NCBI GenBank assembly: GCA_963577905.1
Contig: CAUYZR010000002.1
Location: 1 to 42,595, forward strand
Reading direction: 5' to 3'
DNA from: Candidatus Thalassarchaeaceae archaeon
GTDB lineage: Archaea; Thermoplasmatota; Poseidoniia; MGIII; CG-Epi1
DNA: 42,595 bases
Both the position numbers and the translations under genes were made by a program. A model generated the notes under the pieces. The model saw nothing but the letters and a program-made list of their open reading frames with translations, was not told where the DNA came from and made no database searches. How positions within the stretch are numbered: position 1 is the stretch's first letter; each line of letters starts with the position of its first letter. Positions 7,849 through 15,385 of this stretch are shown here, in pieces.

Positions 7849-8919
7849 ATGTTTGATTTATGTAATATAATGGAACCTAAGTTAAGAATTGCAATTGTGG
7901 CTAATGCAAATAGTATTCATACCGTTCGATGGGTAAATTGGTTAGAAAAGAATGGCCATCTTGTTTCTGTTTTCTCATTGAATAAAGGGGTAAAATGCAC
8001 TTATTTTGGACCTGAACCTCGCTTAGATCGAAGTTTAATCATTGATTTGGGAGATGAAGTTAGGAAAGCTACAAAAAAATTAAAAACATTGATTGATGAA
8101 TTTAAACCTGATCTAATTCATGGATTCTTTTTAACAGGTCATGCATTTTATGCAGGGCGGATGGATAATTATCCTGTAGTTGTTACTGCAATGGGATCTG
8201 ATGTATTAGTAGATCCTAAAGAGTCTAAACTATTGTCTTGGGTTATCAGAAAAACGGGGAACAATTCAATGAAGGTAGTATGCCCTCCTTTGTTAGCTAA
8301 AGATTTAGTAAAATTAGGTATTGATGAAAATAAAATAGTGACTAATTTAATTGGGATAAACACTGATATTTTTAAACCCTTAGAAAAAGAAAAGTGTGTT
8401 CTGTTTAGTCGAGGCTTCAAAGAAATTTATAATCCTAAAGTTGTGGCTAAAGCCATAGTTCTTGTTCACAAAAAAGAACCTGAAATTAAATTCTATTTAG
8501 CTGGAGATGGTCCATTGAAACAAGGTATTGAAGAAAACTTAGAAAATCATAATGTAGAGTTTACGGGACAATTAACAGAAAAAGAACTAGGAGAAATTAT
8601 GGGAAAATCAAAAGTCGTTATTTCTTCTTCGCTTTCAGATAGTATTCCTCTTACTATTTTTGAAGCAATGGCCTGTGGTTCAATCCTAGTTGTCAGTAAT
8701 AACCACGGACATCGTCAATGGGATAAAGAAGAATATCCTATTCTTTTCTTTGGAAAAAATGATTCTCGAAAACTAGCCGATTTTATAATAGAATTGTGTT
8801 CTAATGACAGTTTGTTGAAAGAAGCTTTGGCGCAGGGCCCTGAGCTTGTAAAACTTAACTGGAGTTGGGAAAAACAAGCTAATCTTATTTTAGAAGAATA
8901 TAGGAATATTATACAATAA
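7849..8919 (+). CDS. GT4-family (GT-B fold) glycosyltransferase
   Basis: 356 aa. N-terminal LRIAIVANANSIHTVRWVNWLEKNGH and C-terminal FEAMACGSILVVSN (E-x7-E region) are typical of GT4 enzymes. The likely start is the ATG at 7870. Visibly AT-rich. Confidence 0.8.
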   Translation: MFDLCNIMEPKLRIAIVANANSIHTVRWVNWLEKNGHLVSVFSLNKGVKCTYFGPEPRLDRSLIIDLGDEVRKATKKLKTLIDEFKPDLIHGFFLTGHAFYAGRMDNYPVVVTAMGSDVLVDPKESKLLSWVIRKTGNNSMKVVCPPLLAKDLVKLGIDENKIVTNLIGINTDIFKPLEKEKCVLFSRGFKEIYNPKVVAKAIVLVHKKEPEIKFYLAGDGPLKQGIEENLENHNVEFTGQLTEKELGEIMGKSKVVISSSLSDSIPLTIFEAMACGSILVVSNNHGHRQWDKEEYPILFFGKNDSRKLADFIIELCSNDSLLKEALAQGPELVKLNWSWEKQANLILEEYRNIIQ

Positions 8920-8930
8920 TTCTAGTAAAC

Positions 8931-9059
8931 TTAGGTTCCAACAGGTTCTATAGTATCTTCTTCTATAGTTGGTGATTTATCTTCAAGTTCATCATCTGTT
9001 ATGCATCCAGAGAGTGATGCAAAAACCAACCATATGACCAACAAGTAGGCTTTGCTCAT
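8931..9059 (-). CDS. Possible 42-aa lipoprotein/secreted mini-protein
   Basis: Below the track cutoff. My translation is MSKAYLLVIWLVFASLSGCITDDELEDKSPTIEEDTIEPVGT*. It has a hydrophobic signal segment followed by a lipobox-like LSGC, then an acidic tail. Confidence 0.4.
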   Translation of the reverse strand: MSKAYLLVIWLVFASLSGCITDDELEDKSPTIEEDTIEPVGT

Positions 9060-9099
9060 AATTACCTAAATTCTCCCTACATTAAATATCTACTGGGGT

Positions 9100-9237
9100 C
9101 CACCGACAAGATAGGGCCGTGTTGAGTCGATTAGCAGGTAAAATTACACTAATATCAACGTAGCTATTAGGATAATCAGTGGTCGTGTATAGTAATATGA
9201 AAAACATGAAGCCCGTTCTGACGATGAGTGTTAGCTT
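9100..9237. repeat. 138-bp non-coding direct repeat, copy B
   Basis: See copy A. It lies between the minus mini-ORF start (9059) and the plus ORF start (9276). Confidence 0.9.
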
Positions 9238-9275
9238 TAATGGTAAACTAAAAAAGGTGCGCGAGGTGGGACCCT

Positions 9276-9575
9276 ATGGAACTGGAAAATATCCCTGAAA
9301 ATGCAGAGATATACGATGAGACTGAAGAATATATTATCATCGACAACCAGCAGATGATGCCCATGATAGTCTGGAAGGACAAGAATGTCACCAGAGACCT
9401 GAAAGTCGGTAGGATGATGAAAAAAGCAATTCAGAGGGTTGGTGAGAAGAAATACGGCCGTGGTAACTTCTTCATAGATCGGTTCCAAGAAGGCGATGAG
9501 AAATATCTGACCTGGTATTGCAGACCTAATATGAATCCTGAACTGATAAAAGAAAGATCAAAGAATGACGATTAG
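9276..9575 (+). CDS. Hypothetical protein
   Basis: 99-aa ORF. A GAGGTGG Shine-Dalgarno-like element sits about 8 nt upstream of the ATG. No motif recognised. Confidence 0.5.
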   Translation: MELENIPENAEIYDETEEYIIIDNQQMMPMIVWKDKNVTRDLKVGRMMKKAIQRVGEKKYGRGNFFIDRFQEGDEKYLTWYCRPNMNPELIKERSKNDD

Positions 9576-9607
9576 ATAACAAATTCTCTAATTAAGACCC
9601 TTCCGCT

Positions 9608-10201
9608 ATGATTCAAGTGCTTGTAAACCTTGAAGGAATCGATGGTTGTGGGAAATCAACACAGTCCAAACTATTACTAGAAAAACTGGAGGGAGAAGGT
9701 GAGAAGGTCATAATCCTGAAAGAGCCCACGAAAAGGCCACATGGCCAGAAATTATGGGACATGCTGCATGGAAAGAGAAAAGCGACCAACGAAGAAATAT
9801 TGGAACTTTTTGTTTTAGACAGAAAACAGCATGTAGAGGAGAAAATACAGCCCGCTCTGGATGATGGGGGCGTGGTCCTGATGGATCGCTATTACTATTC
9901 TTCAATGGCCTATCAGATAGCAGGAGGGATAGATGTCGAGGAGATCCGTGAAAAGCATGCATTCGCTCCAAAACCAGATATTGTCCTAATCTTTGACCTG
10001 CCAGTATCTATTGCCCTAGAAAGAGTAAAAGAACATAGTGATGCGGATGAATTCGAAAAGGAGGAACATCTGGAAAAGGTCAGGGAGGCTTATCTTGATC
10101 TTGAGAATGATCCCTTGGTCAGAATTGTTGACGCCACAGGAACACCCGAGGAGATCTTCGGAAACGTCTGGAGATTGGTGTCCGAGGTAAGGAATGACTG
10201 A
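9608..10201 (+). CDS. tmk: Thymidylate kinase
   Basis: 197 aa with P-loop EGIDGCGKSTQ, a DRYYYSS block and overall Tmk layout. Confidence 0.9.
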   Translation: MIQVLVNLEGIDGCGKSTQSKLLLEKLEGEGEKVIILKEPTKRPHGQKLWDMLHGKRKATNEEILELFVLDRKQHVEEKIQPALDDGGVVLMDRYYYSSMAYQIAGGIDVEEIREKHAFAPKPDIVLIFDLPVSIALERVKEHSDADEFEKEEHLEKVREAYLDLENDPLVRIVDATGTPEEIFGNVWRLVSEVRND

Positions 10202-10643
10202 TTTTCTCTTCTATGCCAAGATAGTGCTGCTGGTTGTGTTATTGTACGATGTTAGCATACTTTTCAGAAGACCAGAAGAAGGAAGTAAAGTTGCCAAACT
10301 TGATTTCTGGACGGAGATGGAACGCAAGGGAATCAATGCCCTCCTGATTCCAAGCACAATGGTGTTCATTATCTGTCTGGATATCGTTCAGGAAGTTGAT
10401 ATCTATCTTTCAACGACACTTTTTGTTCTGAGTCTGGTCTACCTTGGATATCCACGTCCTTTTGCCTTCGGAAAGAATGGAATTTTACTGGATGGAAAAA
10501 TTATTGCCACGGATAGAATTCTCAAGGCCAAGAAAACGGAAAAGGGCGCCAAGATCTCGATTGAATGGTACGGCTGGCTGATGGAGAAGGACTTGCCGGC
10601 TTCTGATGTTACGGATTCCATCCTGGAAAAATTTAGCGACTAG
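10194..10643 (+). CDS. Hypothetical membrane protein
   Basis: 149 aa with 2-3 hydrophobic helices. The start overlaps the tmk stop by 8 nt, suggesting co-transcription. Confidence 0.55.
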   Translation: MTDFLFYAKIVLLVVLLYDVSILFRRPEEGSKVAKLDFWTEMERKGINALLIPSTMVFIICLDIVQEVDIYLSTTLFVLSLVYLGYPRPFAFGKNGILLDGKIIATDRILKAKKTEKGAKISIEWYGWLMEKDLPASDVTDSILEKFSD

Positions 10644-10741
10644 ATTTCTATCTCACCAGAAAGACCGCATTCCTTGCAAGTCACTTCCTGCAACTTAGGT
10701 ACTTTCATTGGCATATGAATAGAGAATACTACCGACTGGAT

Positions 10742-11935
10742 TTAAGAAAACACACCGAGAACACATTGGAATACGCTGTACATCCCTGAAATTGGACCAA
10801 TGTCCCCCTTATTCTTCAACCTGTTTCCAGCAATCACATCCAGCTCCCTCAGAACATCAAGAGTCCTTGGCGTATCCAGATCGTCACTCAAGGCATCCTC
10901 GAATTTGGTGACCAGGGGTGCCGTTTCCTCATCCTCTCTTGGATCTGACGGTTCCTCAACCATACAATCCACAGCATTGACGCCCAATCTTTCACCTTCC
11001 TGACACGCTTCAAGTAATCCTTCCGGCGAATAGGGGGTGAAATCACGATAATGAAAACCCAACAAGTAGAACCTAAGGGCTGGTGGTGGGCAATCCGTGA
11101 AGACTTCCTCCAGAGTGATTCTTTCTCCCCTTGATTTTGATAATTTGCCTTCAGAATCCTCCATCAGTCCATTATGCATCCAGAAATCACAATAATTTCC
11201 CAATCCTATCTTCTCAGCAAGGATGATCTCGGATTCATGGTGCGGATAGATCAGGTCTACACCTCCCCAGTGAATGTCTATCGGCAAATCCAGTTCCGAT
11301 GATGACATCAATGTACATTCAAGATGCCATCCCGGCCGGCCTGGAGGTAGACCCTCGAATTCCCATATTTTCCCACCATCTAGTGGAGGTCCCCAGAGCA
11401 ACGTGTCGTGGGGGCTTTTCTTGGGACCAGAGTCGACTTCCGATGTGCCTTGAGCCAAAGATTCTTCGAGAACGACACCCAATAATTTGCCATGCTCTTC
11501 CTGCTTGATACGCAAGAAAATTCCCTGATCTGTCTGGTAGGCTTCCCCTTTCTCCAGCAATTTCCGGGATTCAGCAGCTATTTGCTCAACAAAATCTGAT
11601 GCCCTTGTGTATTTTGTAGCTGAAGTGTTCGAAAGTAGCTTCATTTTACCCCGAAATTCTTTCTCGTATTGAAGAGAGAATTCCAATTCATCCATATTGG
11701 ACTTTGAGGCTCCGAGTGCAGTTTCATCAGATACATCCGTAAAATTCTGTATGTGATTTACCTCATATCCCTTGTATCCTAACCACCTTTTCAGGATATC
11801 GAATGAGACGTAAGATTTAGCATGGCCCAGATGAGTATCTGAATAAACTGTGGGACCGCAGATATACAACCCCAATTTCTTGGAATCAGGGGCAAAATCC
11901 TCTTTTTGCCCAGATGCGGTATTGAATAGCTTCAA
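10742..11935 (-). CDS. cysS: Cysteinyl-tRNA synthetase-family class I ligase, short form (397 aa)
   Basis: The N-terminus MKLFNTASGQKEDF...LYICGPTVYSDTHLGHA (HIGH) aligns with E. coli CysS. Also present: GRPGWHLEC, YPHHESE (Zn ligand set) and KLSKS (KMSKS). The protein ends about 130 aa after KMSKS, right after the DDLDTPRTLDVLREL helical block. TTG start overlaps the GNAT stop (TTGA). Confidence 0.85.
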   Translation of the reverse strand: MKLFNTASGQKEDFAPDSKKLGLYICGPTVYSDTHLGHAKSYVSFDILKRWLGYKGYEVNHIQNFTDVSDETALGASKSNMDELEFSLQYEKEFRGKMKLLSNTSATKYTRASDFVEQIAAESRKLLEKGEAYQTDQGIFLRIKQEEHGKLLGVVLEESLAQGTSEVDSGPKKSPHDTLLWGPPLDGGKIWEFEGLPPGRPGWHLECTLMSSSELDLPIDIHWGGVDLIYPHHESEIILAEKIGLGNYCDFWMHNGLMEDSEGKLSKSRGERITLEEVFTDCPPPALRFYLLGFHYRDFTPYSPEGLLEACQEGERLGVNAVDCMVEEPSDPREDEETAPLVTKFEDALSDDLDTPRTLDVLRELDVIAGNRLKNKGDIGPISGMYSVFQCVLGVFS

Positions 11936-12783
11936 CCTTTGTCTCCCCCGCCTCTGGCACAGATATTGGCCTCATCTGGCCAATCCTCACCATAGAACAT
12001 TGACATGCAGTAACTATGGGCGCTGTAACCAACTGAATCCAGCAAGCTGGTGACCCTGAAATTTGGTGCTGGCACAAATATTTCTACAGTTGAATTGTCT
12101 GGAATAGCCTGAACTGAGGCCTGTAACAGACCTTGCCAATTCTTACAGCCAGATTCCACTATCCAAGGACCAATTTCATACCAGGAATCCTCACCCTTGG
12201 CCATGATAAAACCCTTGACCGAACCATCCTCTCCCAATGCAACAAAGGAACATTGAGAAAGATAATCATTGATCTCTTTCAGAAATTGAGAACGATCTCC
12301 GACAAACTGACGTGAATCCATCGCTAATATCTCATCCCAGTATCCTTCCGCAGGGACAATATTGGTCTCTGAATCAATATCAAAAGGCTGAAAGGATTTC
12401 ATATTTGCATCAAGCCGAAACTGAGTCGACATTCCCTCTGCAAGAAAACCTAGATCCTTGTAGAATGAAGTAACTTCCATCCTTGAATGGACTCTGACGG
12501 ATTTGCAGGATTCCAGGCGTTTCATAGCCTCCTTGATCAACTCCTGACCAACACCTTTCCTTCTACTTTTTTTGGAGACAACAACGTTCCCTATCATTCC
12601 CAGAACACCATAATCAAATGCAGTAGTAATTCCTGCCAGATTGTCTCCATCCACAGCTACTAACGGAATACTTATTCTGAAAAGACGATCCCAATCCTCT
12701 TTAGAATTGCCCCAGTCCTCAACATCAGTAAGAGACTTGGCAAAGACAAGTTCGGATTTCTTCATGTCCCTGACCTTAATCAT
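11932..12783 (-). CDS. GNAT-family N-acetyltransferase with additional C-terminal domain
   Basis: Acetyl-CoA motif VVVSKKSRRKGVGQELIKEAMKRLE is in the N-terminal half, followed by a second domain of about 140 aa. I prefer the ATG at 12783 (MIKVRD...) over the track start at 12816. That start overlaps the stop of the upstream mini-ORF (ATGATTAA). Confidence 0.8.
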   Translation of the reverse strand: MIKVRDMKKSELVFAKSLTDVEDWGNSKEDWDRLFRISIPLVAVDGDNLAGITTAFDYGVLGMIGNVVVSKKSRRKGVGQELIKEAMKRLESCKSVRVHSRMEVTSFYKDLGFLAEGMSTQFRLDANMKSFQPFDIDSETNIVPAEGYWDEILAMDSRQFVGDRSQFLKEINDYLSQCSFVALGEDGSVKGFIMAKGEDSWYEIGPWIVESGCKNWQGLLQASVQAIPDNSTVEIFVPAPNFRVTSLLDSVGYSAHSYCMSMFYGEDWPDEANICARGGGDKG

Positions 12784-12919
12784 CTGGGAGACCCTCGTCA
12801 CAATCCTGTTGCCCAAATGTCAGGAATTTTTTCTCTTCTCTCTGGAGCTTGAGTCTGCAACTTCCATAACCAAAATCCTCGCCACCATACCAATGTGGAC
12901 AATCCTTGCACTTGAGCAT
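12776..12919 (-). CDS. Possible 47-aa Cys4 (zinc-ribbon-like) mini-protein
   Basis: Below the track cutoff. My translation is MLKCKDCPHWYGGEDFGYGSCRLKLQREEKKFLTFGQQDCDEGLPDD*. It has CxxC plus two further Cys. Its stop overlaps the GNAT ATG, suggesting translational coupling. Confidence 0.45.
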   Translation of the reverse strand: MLKCKDCPHWYGGEDFGYGSCRLKLQREEKKFLTFGQQDCDEGLPDD

Positions 12920-12999
12920 TAATCGTTATCAATGACTAAGATTAATGAAGATATGCATTAGATGAAATCTTATAATAATGTGGCTCTCATGCTAAAAAT

Positions 13000-15381
13000 A
13001 TGAATCGACTCTCACCGGTCGCTTTGGCACTTATGCTGACCCTGACCACAATGAGTACGGGATCCATTGAATTCGAGGATTTTCAGAAGACTAAAGACTC
13101 CTCTAATGGGTTCGCAGTAGACGGTAATGATACTCTTAATCGTACTAATACTTTCCCTTTTGATATCCTATTTGATGACTACCATGAATATTATGAAGTT
13201 GTCTCAGAATTACAGAAATTTGCCAATGATTATCCGCATATTGTTGAGTTTTACTATTTGACTGACATGATTCCTGCCGGACAAACGTGGCAGGGAAATG
13301 AGATTATTGGTGTTAAAATATCGGATAATGTGGCTAACGAACCCGCTTTTTACGATGACCCTGATGAAGAGACATTTTTCATAGTTGGAAATCACCATGC
13401 CAGAGAATGGATGACTGTGGTCACTCCATTGTATTTCGTTTATTTCCTGACCCATTTTTACGGAATGGAACCTACTGACAATGATGGAGATGGATTGATC
13501 AACGAAGACATGATTGACGGAGTCGACAATGATGGCGATGGAGAACAAGGAGGTCGAGTGGATGAATATGGTCGTGCATTATTCGATGGTATAGACAATG
13601 ATGGTGATGGAATTATTGATGAGGGTATTGATGAAGATCCTAGTGAAGCCCGAGTAACACATCTGATCAATAACCGGGAAATCTGGATCGTCCCGATCCT
13701 GAATCCTGATGGGTACATGTATGACCGAGAAGACCCTAGCCGTTTCTGGAGAAAGAACATGCGGGATAATGACCAGGATGACAGATATGGTGGAGAGTGT
13801 GATGGAGTAGACCTTAACCGGAACTATCCCTTTGAGTGGTCACACAATACCCAATTTACGGCATTAATAGGTGACGATCTGGAACCTGAATTTACGGTTG
13901 ATGATGATAATATCTGCTCCGATGTTTATCACGGTCCACGGGATTTCAATGACGATGATGGTGATTGTGAAGCGGGGTTCTTTGCAAATCCATGTGTTAT
14001 CGGTGATCAGAATACGGGAGATGTTACGGGTGTTGACGAAGATCCGCCTGACGCTCAACACATGGATGATGATGAAGATGGAAAGGTTGATGAGGACCGT
14101 GAAGGAGGATTCTCGGAACCAGAAACTCAAATTATCGAATACCTGACCTGGAGATTAGACATTTACGATGATTATCCACAGGATAAGTACCTTGAGGACT
14201 ACCTGAATGGGATAGATAGAGAAAATTGGCCAGATATGTTCGTTACGGCTCCAGATGGAAATTATATACGAAATTATCGGACGGAGGACCATGATATGAA
14301 ACACAATATCATGAATTCCGTTTCATACCATTCCTGTTCCGAACTCTATATCTGGCCATGGGGCTACAAGGACCAGGATCCACCACACGAACTCTACATG
14401 GAGAATCAGGTCAAGCCCCTGATGAACCTAACTGGTTATGGCAACTGGAAAGACCAGGGTGGATACAAGGTATCTGGCGATATCAATGACTACCAGTATG
14501 GGATGCAGGGTTCATTCTCTTACACTGTCGAATTGAACAGTTGCGGGAGCCAGGGGAGCCTTCAAGGTGGCTTCCACGCCGATCCTCTACTGATTCGACC
14601 AACTGTCAGAATGCATCTTCTCACCAATATGCACTTGCTGGACGAAAGCCCAGAGGCAAGGATTGGCCAGATGTTCCCTGATTATGGTGACCTCAATGGC
14701 CCAGGCATTCATTCACCTGAAGACACAATGATGCCAAAGTTAAGTATAGTGTCATCCAAAGGAGAAACTGTCGGTTTCCAGTCGGATACTGAAGTTGATT
14801 TTGGTGACTACTATGCAAATGATGACCTGCCTGTGAGAGTCAAAGTCGAGGATGCCCAGTTCATGTTGCAAAATTCGTTGGTTTTGAATTATCGAACTGA
14901 TGAAATGCCAGAAGGAGAATGGAAGGAATTACCTATGTCTTGTATCAAAGACTGTGATACCAAGGACTACTCTGATTACAGCGCTGATCTCACAATACCA
15001 AGAAGAGATTCTGTATTCAGGGCATACATACCAGAAACTGAAGACTCAACAAACATTCAATTCTATGCTGTTGCACAAGATTCAAGGCTCGCAAACGAAT
15101 TTGGTGGCGGATTCATAGTAACTGGCTACGGCGCTGCAGAACCAATTGAAATCTTTGTTGATGACATTATTGGATTTGGCAATCCAGTACTTGATTTCCT
15201 AGGCGTTGGAATAATGATGGCGATAATGTATGGTGTTGTTTGGGGAGGGCTATACAAGACCGTAGGAATTGCGACCGAAGCTGAAAGAAGAAAAAACGAA
15301 GGTGACATACCAGCTAAGAAGACCAAAACTCCCTCTGCTATAGCTAAACGAAGTGTTGCAGCCATACCTAAGGAAAAATGA
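13000..15381 (+). CDS. Secreted, C-terminally membrane-anchored M14 zinc carboxypeptidase with Asp-rich insertions
   Basis: 793 aa with a signal-like N-terminus. M14 catalytic blocks are GNHHAREW (HxxE), ILNPDGY, DLNRNYPFEW, YHGP...FSEPET, SYHSCSELYIWPWGY and YTVEL. There is a C-terminal hydrophobic helix plus a basic tail. A TATA-like TATAATAA sits about 25 nt upstream. Confidence 0.85.
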   Translation: MNRLSPVALALMLTLTTMSTGSIEFEDFQKTKDSSNGFAVDGNDTLNRTNTFPFDILFDDYHEYYEVVSELQKFANDYPHIVEFYYLTDMIPAGQTWQGNEIIGVKISDNVANEPAFYDDPDEETFFIVGNHHAREWMTVVTPLYFVYFLTHFYGMEPTDNDGDGLINEDMIDGVDNDGDGEQGGRVDEYGRALFDGIDNDGDGIIDEGIDEDPSEARVTHLINNREIWIVPILNPDGYMYDREDPSRFWRKNMRDNDQDDRYGGECDGVDLNRNYPFEWSHNTQFTALIGDDLEPEFTVDDDNICSDVYHGPRDFNDDDGDCEAGFFANPCVIGDQNTGDVTGVDEDPPDAQHMDDDEDGKVDEDREGGFSEPETQIIEYLTWRLDIYDDYPQDKYLEDYLNGIDRENWPDMFVTAPDGNYIRNYRTEDHDMKHNIMNSVSYHSCSELYIWPWGYKDQDPPHELYMENQVKPLMNLTGYGNWKDQGGYKVSGDINDYQYGMQGSFSYTVELNSCGSQGSLQGGFHADPLLIRPTVRMHLLTNMHLLDESPEARIGQMFPDYGDLNGPGIHSPEDTMMPKLSIVSSKGETVGFQSDTEVDFGDYYANDDLPVRVKVEDAQFMLQNSLVLNYRTDEMPEGEWKELPMSCIKDCDTKDYSDYSADLTIPRRDSVFRAYIPETEDSTNIQFYAVAQDSRLANEFGGGFIVTGYGAAEPIEIFVDDIIGFGNPVLDFLGVGIMMAIMYGVVWGGLYKTVGIATEAERRKNEGDIPAKKTKTPSAIAKRSVAAIPKEK

Positions 15382-15385
15382 AAAA

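Noticed and set aside
10644-10741. 23-aa minus-strand mini-ORF (MPMKVPKLQEVTCKECGLSGEIEI) between the membrane protein and the cysS-like genes
   Set aside because: It is too short, with only a single CxxC half-site, and it lies in a convergent terminator-type intergenic region. There is no supporting signal.
12784-12816. Longer GNAT start at 12816 as given in the ORF track
   Set aside because: The upstream extension (MGNRIVTRVSQ) overlaps the Cys4 mini-ORF in another frame. The ATG at 12783 gives a classic overlapping stop/start junction. Both remain possible, and I annotated the shorter form.
13210-14146. Several 88-112 aa ORFs on both strands inside the M14 gene
   Set aside because: The M14 frame carries all catalytic blocks in order. 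These ORFs arise from the repetitive GAT/GAC-rich insertions and have no independent support.
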